Assembly: GCA_040767085.1 (NCBI GenBank)
Contig: JAXGPF010000010.1
Location: 128,001-192,000 of the forward strand
Direction of reading: 5' to 3'
Length of the DNA stretch: 64,000 bases
Origin: Kiritimatiellia bacterium
GTDB lineage: Bacteria > Verrucomicrobiota > Kiritimatiellia > JAAZAB01
Shown here: in pieces, positions 36,935-45,802 of the stretch
How the letters are laid out: every line of letters begins with the position of its first letter
How positions within the stretch are numbered: the first letter of the stretch is position 1
The notes under the pieces: model-generated
What the model was told of the DNA's origin: nothing
Seen by the model: the letters and a program-made list of their open reading frames with translations, nothing else
The model's database searches: none
Made by a program: the position numbers and the translations under genes

Positions 36935-39379
36935 ATGCCAGCCGGAAGTAAATATCTTTTAAAAAACAAACTGGCATTGCTGCCCATTCCCCAACGCCTG
37001 CGCCTGGATGCCGGCCGTTTCAGCATGCCGGCCAGACCGACGCTGGGGATTTCTGACGCGCGCTTGTATCCGCTGGCCCGCCGGATGGGTCAAGCGCTCG
37101 GCGCAACCGGGATAAATATCGCCACCCCGGCCTGTCGCGATGCGATTACATTGCTTTTGGCTGAGCGGATGAAGCCGGATGCATATCAATTGCGGATAAG
37201 TTCAAAGGGCATTCAAATCCATGCCGGTTCCGTCCGCGCCGCTTTTTACGGCTGGCAGACGCTCCGCCAGGTTCTGGCGCAGGCAGATGATAAAAAAGTT
37301 CCATGTCTGACGATAGACGATTGGCCGGCGCTACCGGTGCGCGGCGTATATCTGGACATTGCCCGCGGACGGGTGCCGACCCTGGTGGCCTTGAAGCGCA
37401 TGGCGGACATCCTGGCGCGTCACAAAATCAACCAACTTTCTCTCTATATGCAGCATACCTTCCGGTTTCGTGCGCATCCGGCGATCGGGCGCAACGCTTC
37501 GCCCATGACGGCGGAGGATATTCTGGAACTGGACGCATATTGCCGGGAAAATTTTATCGAATTGGTGCCGTCGCTGGCGTCGTTCGGGCACATGGAGACG
37601 GTATTAAAACTTCCGCCTTACCGCCGGCTGGCGGAAGACTTTGGCCTGGGCTTGAAAGGTTATGTCACGCCGGACCCCAAGGCGCGGGAGTGGCTGGCCG
37701 CATGGTTCCGCAGTCAAAAATTCAAAGGCTTTACGCTCTCGCCGGCCAATCCCGCCGGATACAAATTCCTCGATTCGTTGTATGCGGAATTGCTGCCGCT
37801 GTTCAGCGCCGGGCATTTCAACGTCTGCTGCGATGAGACGGTGGATTTAGGGTACGGCCAGAGTTATCAACTGTGCCGGCGCATAGGGAAAGGCCGTGTC
37901 TATATTGACCATCTTTTGAAACTGCATGCCCTATGCGGGAAACACGGCAAGCGGATGATGTGCTGGGGCGATATTCTCCGGCATTATCCGGAATTGGCGG
38001 CCGGGTTGCCCAACGATATCACCATCCTGGATTGGGGGTATCATCCGGAGTATGCGTTCCCCGGCGTCGGGGACAACGCGCGACAGGGCCGGCCGGTGTA
38101 TGCCTGTCCCAGCACCCATTCATACGGTGGTTTGTTTCCGCGGCTGACAGTGGCCATGGCCAATATCTCATCCGCTGCGCGCGCGGCGCAGCAGGATGGA
38201 GGCACCGGGCTGCTGAATACCATCTGGGGCGATGGCGGCCATTTCCATCTGCCGGCTTGCGAATGGCACGGATTGCTCTTTGGCGCCGAACAATCCTGGA
38301 ATCCGGCGGCTGACGCGGCTGATTACCACGCGCGGTTTTGCCGGTTGTTCTTGCGCAGTTCCGACCGGCGTCTGCCGGTCGTTTTGAATGAACTGGGCGA
38401 AATCACCCAGATTGGCGGCCATGCTTTCTGGCCCAAAGTGTTTTTCGCGAACCCCAATCGCCGCGTTCCGGCCTATCCGCGGATTGACCGCATTTTTACC
38501 GGCGGACGTTGGCGGCGCTACAGCCGGCAAGTGGATGCCCCGTTGGGGGCGGCGGTGCTGGAACGCCTGGACGCTATCCGCGCCGATCTTGTCCGCGCGT
38601 CAACTTCGCCCGGCGCCGATCCGGAAAAAGTAATGCCGGCCTGGATTTTTGCCGTGGACACCCTCCGGCATGCGGCGCGTAAACTGGCGGTGATGGGATC
38701 AGGCGGCGAAAATACGCTGCGTGCCCGTCGGCGCCTGGCCGGGGAATTGTCCGGCTTAATGAACCGCCACCATCAGATGTGGATGGATGACAGCCGGCCG
38801 TCTGCATGGCGGAATCTCGCAAAAAGAGCCCGTCAGGCCGGCCGCTGTCTGACGGGGAAGGCCGACATCTTTGAGTTCAAGACGCGCATACCGCCTGGGT
38901 ATATCACCAGGTATTTTGTCAGCCGCCTGCAGTCTTATTCCGGCAAAATCCGTGCCCTGCCGTATCCCCCGGTTTTTGGCCAAGGCGCAGTGCGCGATTT
39001 TGCGACGACTTTGTGCGAAATTCCGGAGCTGGCGGAGGATTGGAAAGGCGCGCCCCGGCTGGTCTATTATCATGCTCGCCTCACATGTCTCAGGCCAATG
39101 CGGCTTGCCGTGGGACTTGGTTATGATGGTCCGGTCAAGGTATGGTTGGATCGCCAGCCTGTTTGGTGCGATCCCGGCGGCCGCGCCCCGGCCGGGACGG
39201 ATAAAGCGATCGTGCCGCTGGATTTGCATCCGGGCGCGCACACGCTGTGCGTTGCGCTGGATGCCAATCGCGGCCTGGCCACGGGCATCCGGGCGCGTCT
39301 CTGGCATCGGGATGCGCCTCAGGCGCCAGCCCGCGCGCATCCCCGGCCGCTCCCGCAATTCGATGCCGCGTTATCGTGA
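36935..39379 (+). CDS. Glycoside hydrolase family 20-like beta-N-acetylhexosaminidase with an extra C-terminal domain
   Basis: LLPIPQ, AFYGWQTLRQ, IDDWP..RGVYLDIARG, SFGHM, catalytic CCDET, WGDI. Confidence 0.88.
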   Translation: MPAGSKYLLKNKLALLPIPQRLRLDAGRFSMPARPTLGISDARLYPLARRMGQALGATGINIATPACRDAITLLLAERMKPDAYQLRISSKGIQIHAGSVRAAFYGWQTLRQVLAQADDKKVPCLTIDDWPALPVRGVYLDIARGRVPTLVALKRMADILARHKINQLSLYMQHTFRFRAHPAIGRNASPMTAEDILELDAYCRENFIELVPSLASFGHMETVLKLPPYRRLAEDFGLGLKGYVTPDPKAREWLAAWFRSQKFKGFTLSPANPAGYKFLDSLYAELLPLFSAGHFNVCCDETVDLGYGQSYQLCRRIGKGRVYIDHLLKLHALCGKHGKRMMCWGDILRHYPELAAGLPNDITILDWGYHPEYAFPGVGDNARQGRPVYACPSTHSYGGLFPRLTVAMANISSAARAAQQDGGTGLLNTIWGDGGHFHLPACEWHGLLFGAEQSWNPAADAADYHARFCRLFLRSSDRRLPVVLNELGEITQIGGHAFWPKVFFANPNRRVPAYPRIDRIFTGGRWRRYSRQVDAPLGAAVLERLDAIRADLVRASTSPGADPEKVMPAWIFAVDTLRHAARKLAVMGSGGENTLRARRRLAGELSGLMNRHHQMWMDDSRPSAWRNLAKRARQAGRCLTGKADIFEFKTRIPPGYITRYFVSRLQSYSGKIRALPYPPVFGQGAVRDFATTLCEIPELAEDWKGAPRLVYYHARLTCLRPMRLAVGLGYDGPVKVWLDRQPVWCDPGGRAPAGTDKAIVPLDLHPGAHTLCVALDANRGLATGIRARLWHRDAPQAPARAHPRPLPQFDAALS

Positions 39380-39543
39380 TTCGAACCGGGTGTCCTCAAA
39401 ACCATGGCAGAGGTTTTCAGAAGGTTAGGTGACGCCTCCCGCCTGCATTGAAATTTCGGTGGGCACGCCGGAGGAACCGTTCTTTTCCGGCGCTGCAACG
39501 CTGGCGGCTCGCTCCCGCGCCAGGCGGGACAAGCCGGCGGTTT

Positions 39544-39562
39544 ACCCCGCTTTGAGCGGGGT
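39544..39562. terminator. Hairpin between convergent genes
   Basis: ACCCCGCT-TTG-AGCGGGGT, extendable by GGCGGGAC/GTCCCACC; no clear U-tract. Confidence 0.35.
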
Positions 39563-39651
39563 CTCGTCCCACCCATCCATTCGGAACAACCTCGGATTGC
39601 TGTCGCGGCACCGTGCAGAAGCGTTCCCCCGGTCTTGGTCGCTTCAGGCAA

Positions 39652-40722
39652 TTACTGGTCATTCAGATTTTCGCAACGCCGGCGCATTTCAGCGAAAGCC
39701 CGCCGGGACTCATCGTTGATTTCCTTGAATCCCATGGCAAACAGGAACCGCGTCCCGGCCGGCGCCGCGGCCAGCATGTCCAGCCCTTTCTGCACCGGAC
39801 CGCCGAGCATCAGCACGGAGCGGTCGGCAAAGGCATCCAACATGCGCCGCGGCACGGAAAAGTTCTGGGCCTTGGTGAAAACGCGGTTGAGTCCGCGCAA
39901 ATTCGGGAGCGTGCGCAAGAGGGGATATTGATGGTCGGCGTTGGCGCAGGAATGCATGAACAGCCCGTTGGCCGCCCGGCTCAAATCCCGCAAGCCCGGC
40001 ATGCCGAACCGTTCGAACATCTCCGGGTTGATGCTGCCGCATTCGTCCTCCGCCACGTAACAACCCAGGTCGCCCGGGGCATACCAGCGGGCATAACACA
40101 AGGTATTGATTGCCCCGACATGGCGGATGTAGGCGGGAATGAATGCGCAAAGCAGGCGCGTGCATTTGTCCACCAGTTCCGCTACCGCTGCCGGTTCCTC
40201 ATGCGTGGCGACAAAAAACTCCGATTTGTCCCAGATCAGCGCGGCAATGTCCAGCGGGCTCTGGATATCCGGCGGACTCAACGGCACGTCCGGCCCGAAT
40301 TCCGCGCGCAAGGCGTCCGCCATCTCGAACAGCCGCGCCAGGATGGGGGCAGAGCGGTGGTCCGGTTCCGGCAAGCGCGCGGCCTCGACGGCGGAATGCA
40401 CGATCGGGCGGGCGCAGGCGCTGCTGCCGGGGACTTTCTCCAGCGGGCAGCCGAAGGCCGCCGCAAAGACACCGGTATTGGTGAAAAGGTTGATGAACGG
40501 GACGGAATCGTCGTCAAACGCCTTTAACCATTCGCATTGCGCGGCATATTGCGCGCGAAACCAGGGAATCCAATCGCGCACCGGCCGGCTGGATATGGCA
40601 AAATCGCCCAGTTCGGCCGGGATGGGCGGATGGGCGACGGATACGGTCAATCCATGGCGTTTCGCCTTGCCGGTAAACAAATCCCGCATGAAATCCTGGT
40701 TGCGCTTTATATGTTTTTGCAT
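39652..40722 (-). CDS. Uroporphyrinogen-decarboxylase-like family protein
   Basis: PDIQSPLDIAALIW, AEDECGSINPEMFERFG.P, MHSCA motifs. Confidence 0.8.
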   Translation of the reverse strand: MQKHIKRNQDFMRDLFTGKAKRHGLTVSVAHPPIPAELGDFAISSRPVRDWIPWFRAQYAAQCEWLKAFDDDSVPFINLFTNTGVFAAAFGCPLEKVPGSSACARPIVHSAVEAARLPEPDHRSAPILARLFEMADALRAEFGPDVPLSPPDIQSPLDIAALIWDKSEFFVATHEEPAAVAELVDKCTRLLCAFIPAYIRHVGAINTLCYARWYAPGDLGCYVAEDECGSINPEMFERFGMPGLRDLSRAANGLFMHSCANADHQYPLLRTLPNLRGLNRVFTKAQNFSVPRRMLDAFADRSVLMLGGPVQKGLDMLAAAPAGTRFLFAMGFKEINDESRRAFAEMRRRCENLNDQ

Positions 40723-40834
40723 GGCATGTCCTGAATAAACATTGACCTGTCAAATGCAGGCATCGTAATATAAACCTCGATAAAAGGTAAATAGCACAAT
40801 TCAACATAAACATGTCATATCTGAACACTGATTG

Positions 40835-41704
40835 ATGAATTATTTTGATGATATAAAAATAATTGCCGGGCGGCACCTGGCCGGCTGCTGCGTGCATGTC
40901 AGAAGTTATTTCCCGCTTTTTTACACTGTTGAATATCTCCATGCCGGCCGGATGTACTGGCGGGTGGACGGCGGGAATCGGATCATCCTGGATCGACCGG
41001 CAGTATTCTGGCACCGCCCGGGCGTGCTCTACGAATACGGGCCGGCGGACGCGGCCGGTTGGGATCATTATTACCTCGTGCTGCGCGGCGCGCGGGCGCG
41101 GCGTCTGGTGGCCGACGGATTTTCAATATTATCCCGCGATGGGTATGTTTTTGCCGCTCAGCCGGCCATCATCCGGGAAATGTTCATGCAACTGATTGCC
41201 ATGGCGCATCAGCTCACGGCGGCCACGCGGGCGGAGGCGGTGATCATGCTGGAGCGGATTTTGCAATTAACTGCTTTCGTTCCCGCCTCCGGCGTGCTTG
41301 GCGCTTACGGTCGGAAAATCATGGAACTGGCCGAACGTATGCGGCGGCAGCCGTTCGCCGTCTATAGCCCCGATGTCCTGGCGCGGGACTTGCATGTCTG
41401 CCTCGGGCATTTCCGGCGATTGTTCCGCCGCCATGCCGGCCGGAGTTTTCACAATTACCTGCTGCACTGCCGGATGCGGCAGGCGGCCGTCTGGCTGGAG
41501 ACGGAAGGGCTGGCAGTGAAAGCGGCAGCCGATCGCGCCGGGTGTGCCGACCAGGCGCAGTTTTCCAAGCTGTTTAAAAAACAGATCGGATTGTCGCCCA
41601 AGCAATACCGGCAGGATGTTTTGATGGGAGCGCCAGGATATGCCGGCCGGCGCGCTGAATCATGCATGCGCGAAATTCGGCAAAACAAAGGCTTGCATGC
41701 CTAG
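40835..41704 (+). CDS. AraC family transcriptional regulator
   Basis: Cupin N-terminus; HFRRLFRRHAG..RMRQAAVWL..DQAQFSKLFKKQIGLSPKQYR. Confidence 0.92.
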   Translation: MNYFDDIKIIAGRHLAGCCVHVRSYFPLFYTVEYLHAGRMYWRVDGGNRIILDRPAVFWHRPGVLYEYGPADAAGWDHYYLVLRGARARRLVADGFSILSRDGYVFAAQPAIIREMFMQLIAMAHQLTAATRAEAVIMLERILQLTAFVPASGVLGAYGRKIMELAERMRRQPFAVYSPDVLARDLHVCLGHFRRLFRRHAGRSFHNYLLHCRMRQAAVWLETEGLAVKAAADRAGCADQAQFSKLFKKQIGLSPKQYRQDVLMGAPGYAGRRAESCMREIRQNKGLHA

Positions 41705-41733
41705 GAACCCTATGCTATAGGGTGAGCATGCAA
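41693..41733 (+). promoter_or_regulatory. Promoter with overlapping palindrome upstream of padR
   Basis: TTGCAT-17bp-TATAGG; ACCCTAT-GCT-ATAGGGT (41707-41723) nested in TTGCATGC...GCATGCAA. Confidence 0.5.
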
Positions 41734-41779
41734 ACTGGAATGATGCGGCAGTCATTGCGGATTTAAAGAGGAGGCGGGT

Positions 41780-42112
41780 ATGGACATTTCGCCGGAACTG
41801 GTCAAGGGCACGGTCGTGCCGATTATCCTCAAGTTACTCAGCGAACGGGCAATGTATGGTTACGAGATCATCCAGGTGGTCAACGAACGCACCGGCAACC
41901 TGTTCGCCTGGAAAGAGGGCACGCTTTATCCCTGGCTGCATCGCCTGGAAAATGAAGGCCTGATCGGCGCTGAGTGGCGCGAGTCGGAAGCCGGCCGGCC
42001 CCGTAAATATTATGCCATCCGCCGCCGCGGACTGGCCGCGCTCCGCGAACAATGCGCGGAATGGTCGGCCTTCTCCGCCGCAGTTAATACGCTCTTGTGC
42101 CGGGAGGCGTAA
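41780..42112 (+). CDS. PadR family transcriptional regulator
   Basis: ELVKGT..ILKLL..MYGYEI..EGTLYPWLHRLE..GRPRKYY. Confidence 0.95.
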   Translation: MDISPELVKGTVVPIILKLLSERAMYGYEIIQVVNERTGNLFAWKEGTLYPWLHRLENEGLIGAEWRESEAGRPRKYYAIRRRGLAALREQCAEWSAFSAAVNTLLCREA

Positions 42113-42429
42113 GTTCGGCGTAAGTTTTAAGGTTTTCCGTTTTAAGGTTTTACGCCTGAACTCGGATCCTTTGCCCCTTTGCCCCTCTGATGATTATCCA
42201 CAAAAGAATAAAAGGAACGCGAAAGAGCCAGATCCTCTCCCTTTGTGCCTTTGATCCTTTGCCCCTTTTCTGATTAACCACAAGGACACGAAGGGAAGGA
42301 ATTCACCACCAAAGAACACACCCGGCGGCATTTTTAGGCTTCCACTGGCATGCGGTTTGCGGTAATATTATTGGTCAGCAGGAAATGCGGCGCGTCTTGG
42401 CCGGAGGTTAACAGCAACAGGAGGATGCC

Positions 42430-43611
42430 ATGCAATTGATAGAAATAAAGGATGGAGTGTTTTATGCCGGCTCGGCGGATTGGGACCGGCGCTTGTTCGA
42501 TTCCCTGATTCCCCTGCCGGACGGCACCAGCTACAATGCCTACCTGGTGCGCGGGCAGTCGCGCACGGCGCTGATTGACGCAGTGGATCCGGCCAAGTGG
42601 GAAGAACTGCAGGCGCGCCTGGCGGATGTGCCGCAAGTTGATTTCGTGGTCGTCAACCATGTCGAGCAGGATCATTCCGGCTCCCTGCCGATGGTGCTGG
42701 CCAGGTACCCGGCCGCCACGGTCTTGACTTCCGCCAAGGCCCGCGGCATGCTGGTGGACCACCTGGACGTGCCGGAAGCGCGCATCCGGGTGATGGCGGA
42801 CGGCGAAAGCGTGGACCTCGGGGGCAAGACGCTGCAGTTTTTCGCCATGCCCTGGGTGCATTGGCCGGAAACCATTGTGACCTGGCTGCCGGAGGACCGC
42901 ATGCTGTTCAGTTGCGATTTGTTCGGCTCCCATTTGGCCACGACGGATCTTTACGTCCGGGACGAGGGCCAGGTTTACGAGGCGGCGCAGCGTTATTACG
43001 CGGAAATCATGATGCCGTTCCGCACGGTGATCAAAGGGCACCTCGACAAGCTGGACAAGTTGGACATCGCCGTCATCGCGCCCAGCCATGGCCCGCTTTA
43101 CCAGCGTCCGCGGTTCATCATGGACGCCTATCGCGACTGGGTGACCGGCATGCCGCACAACTCCGTGGTGCTGCCTTTCATTTCCATGCACGGCAGCACC
43201 GCCCGCATGGCGGAGCGGCTGACCGAGTCGCTCCGCGGGCAGGGCGTGCGGGTGCAGCCGTTCAACCTGGCCGTGACGGATATCGGCAAGCTGGCGATCG
43301 CCCTGGTCAACGCCGGGACGATCGTGGTGGGGACGCCGACGGTGCACCTGGGTGCCCATCCGGCGGCGTATTACGCCGCGCGCCTGGCGGTGGCGCTCAA
43401 GCCTAAAATGCGGTTTGCCAGCCTGATCGGTTCCTATGGATGGAACAGCCGGGCGGCGGAGCAGATCGTTGAACTTTGCCAGGGCCTGAAACTGGAATTG
43501 CTGGAGCCTGTAATCTGCCGCGGCCTGCCGCGCGCGGCCGATTACGCCGCGCTGGATAAGCTGGCCGCCGCCATTGCCGACCGGCACCGCCGCGAAAAGT
43601 TCACCGCGTGA
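42430..43611 (+). CDS. fprA: Flavodiiron protein (A-type flavoprotein)
   Basis: GTSYNAYL, NHVEQDHSG, HWPET, SCDLFG, APSHG, SMHGST flavodoxin loop, GSYGW. Confidence 0.95.
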   Translation: MQLIEIKDGVFYAGSADWDRRLFDSLIPLPDGTSYNAYLVRGQSRTALIDAVDPAKWEELQARLADVPQVDFVVVNHVEQDHSGSLPMVLARYPAATVLTSAKARGMLVDHLDVPEARIRVMADGESVDLGGKTLQFFAMPWVHWPETIVTWLPEDRMLFSCDLFGSHLATTDLYVRDEGQVYEAAQRYYAEIMMPFRTVIKGHLDKLDKLDIAVIAPSHGPLYQRPRFIMDAYRDWVTGMPHNSVVLPFISMHGSTARMAERLTESLRGQGVRVQPFNLAVTDIGKLAIALVNAGTIVVGTPTVHLGAHPAAYYAARLAVALKPKMRFASLIGSYGWNSRAAEQIVELCQGLKLELLEPVICRGLPRAADYAALDKLAAAIADRHRREKFTA

Positions 43612-43641
43612 CCGGCGCCGGAGCGGATGCTCCGGCGTGGT

Positions 43642-45591
43642 CTATTTCACCAGGGCGCCGTCGGGCAGCTCGCCGTCCACCGTGACCAGGCGGAGTTGCC
43701 CGCCATGCGAAGCGGCCAGCAGCATGCCCTGCGATTCGACTCCGCGGATGCGCGCCGGTTTCAGATTGGCGACGATCACGATGGTTTTGCCGGGCAGGGT
43801 CTCCGGCTGGTAATGCTCGGCAATGCCGGCCACCAGTTGCCGGGGCGCGCCGCCGACTTGAATCTGCAGGCGCAGGAGGCGGTCCGCGCCGGGCACGCGT
43901 TCAGCGGCCAGGATGCGCGCGGTGCGCAGTTCCAGCTTGGCGAAGTCGGCGTATTCCGCCAGGGCGACATTTTCCGCCGGCTGGGCGGCGGCGGGCTGCG
44001 CCGTGGCGGGCGGCGGGGCGGTCAATTCCGCCGCCGGCGGTTGGGGCGCGGCGGCGTTGATGCGGGGAAAGAGAATGGGCGTTTCCGGCAGGAGGCTGCC
44101 GGGCGGAAGTTTGCCCCAGGCGCTCAAATCTTCCAGGACGGGCGGGGCGGAGGCGTCCAGGCCCAACGCGCCGCGCAGGGCGGCGGTCTTGCCCGGCATC
44201 ACGGGCGCGAGCAGGCCGGCGGCAATGCGCAGAATTTCCGCGGCGTGATACAGCGTCGTGTGCAGGGCGTCCTGTTTATTTTGTTTCGCCAGCGTCCAGG
44301 GTTGGCGTTTTTCCAGGTAACGGTTGGCTTCCCGCACCATGCCGGTGACCTCCGCAAGCGCCAAATCCAGGCGCATGGCGTCCAGGTGCTCGAACAGCCG
44401 GCGCGCGGTTTTTCCCGCGCTGGCACGCAGCCCGGCTTCTTCCGGCCCGTCCGCGCCGGCCGCCGGCGCCGGAATCTTCCGGCCGCAGTGGCTGTTGATC
44501 AGCTTGGCCGTGCGGCTCAGCAGGTTGCCCAGGTCGTTCGCCAGGTCGGCGTTATAACGGCGGATGAAGGCCTCTTCGGTGAAATTGCAATCCTGACCCA
44601 GGGTCATTTCGGCCATCAGGAAGTAGCGGAATGGATCGGCGCCGTATTTTTCGATCATTGCCATGGGATTGACCACGTTGCCGGCGGATTTGCTCATCTT
44701 GGAATTGTCGGTCAGCCACCAGCCGTGCGCGAAAATGGTTTGCGGCTGCGGCAAGCCCATGGCCTGGAGCATGGTCGGCCAGTAAACGGTATGGGTGATC
44801 AGAATATCCTTGCCGATCAAGTGGCAGGATGCCGGCCACCATTGGCGGAAGGCCTGCTCGTCGGCCAGGTAGCCGATGGCGCTGATGTAATTGATCAGGG
44901 CGTCGAACCAGACGTAGGTCACGTAGTCCTGGTCAAACGGCAGTTCAATGCCCCAGCTCAGACGTGTTTTCGGGCGGGAAATGCAAAGGTCATTCAGCGG
45001 TTTCTGCAGGAATCCCAGGGTTTCGTTGCGGCGGAATTCCGGTTGGATGAAGGCGGGATTCTGATGGATATAATCCAGCAGCCAGGCCTGGTAGGAACTC
45101 ATGCGGAAGAAATAATTGCTCTCGGATATGCGTTCCAGTTCGCGCCCGCATTCGGCGCACTTGGCCGCGCCCTGGTCGCTGTCGGTATAAAAACGCTCGC
45201 AGGGCACGCAATACCAGCCTTCGTAGCGGGCCTTGTAAATCTGGCCGCGCGCGTGCAAATCGGCCAGAATCCGCTGCACTACGCGCGTATGGCGCTGTTC
45301 CGTGGTGCGGATGAAGTCGTCATGGCGGATGTCCAGCCTGCGCCAGAGTTCCTGAAAGCGCACCACGGTCCGGTCGGCCTGTTCCTGGGGGGTGATGCCG
45401 GCTTTAGCGGCGGCGCGCTGAACTTTCTGGCCATGCTCGTCCGTGCCGGTCAGGAAGCGGGTAGGGCGGCCGCGAAGCCGCTGGAAGCGCGCCAGCGTAT
45501 CGGCCAGGATGGTCGTGTAGGCATGGCCGATGTGCGGCAGGTCGTTCACATAATAGATCGGCGTGGTAATGTAAAAATGACGATCGGGCAT
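43642..45591 (-). CDS. metG: Methionine--tRNA ligase with C-terminal tRNA-binding domain
   Basis: FYITTPIYYVN..PHIGH, GTDEHGQK, YVWFDAL, KMSKS, C-terminal VANLKP..GVESQGMLLAA. Confidence 0.98.
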   Translation of the reverse strand: MPDRHFYITTPIYYVNDLPHIGHAYTTILADTLARFQRLRGRPTRFLTGTDEHGQKVQRAAAKAGITPQEQADRTVVRFQELWRRLDIRHDDFIRTTEQRHTRVVQRILADLHARGQIYKARYEGWYCVPCERFYTDSDQGAAKCAECGRELERISESNYFFRMSSYQAWLLDYIHQNPAFIQPEFRRNETLGFLQKPLNDLCISRPKTRLSWGIELPFDQDYVTYVWFDALINYISAIGYLADEQAFRQWWPASCHLIGKDILITHTVYWPTMLQAMGLPQPQTIFAHGWWLTDNSKMSKSAGNVVNPMAMIEKYGADPFRYFLMAEMTLGQDCNFTEEAFIRRYNADLANDLGNLLSRTAKLINSHCGRKIPAPAAGADGPEEAGLRASAGKTARRLFEHLDAMRLDLALAEVTGMVREANRYLEKRQPWTLAKQNKQDALHTTLYHAAEILRIAAGLLAPVMPGKTAALRGALGLDASAPPVLEDLSAWGKLPPGSLLPETPILFPRINAAAPQPPAAELTAPPPATAQPAAAQPAENVALAEYADFAKLELRTARILAAERVPGADRLLRLQIQVGGAPRQLVAGIAEHYQPETLPGKTIVIVANLKPARIRGVESQGMLLAASHGGQLRLVTVDGELPDGALVK

Positions 45592-45699
45592 CTGACCCCT
45601 CCCCGTGATTGACGCCGGCCCCGCGAGAGCCGGGCGGCGGAACACCTCTCAACCCCGTTAAAGTAAGCCAATACCGTGCAAATGCCAAGCAAAAACAAT

Positions 45700-45728
45700 T
45701 TGACGCCGGGCGGAAGTCCGGCTAGATT
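45700..45728 (+). promoter_or_regulatory. Sigma70-type promoter
   Basis: TTGACG-17bp-TAGATT upstream of the PpiD-like gene. Confidence 0.55.
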
Positions 45729-45802
45729 ATGTCTTTGCTTTTTCTTTGTTTTTTCTTTGCTTTTTCTGTCAGTCGGAAATAACGCCCGGGAGAATTTATA
45801 AC

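Noticed and set aside
43627-45612. 661-aa plus-strand ORF
   Set aside because: Antisense shadow of metG caused by high-GC codon bias.
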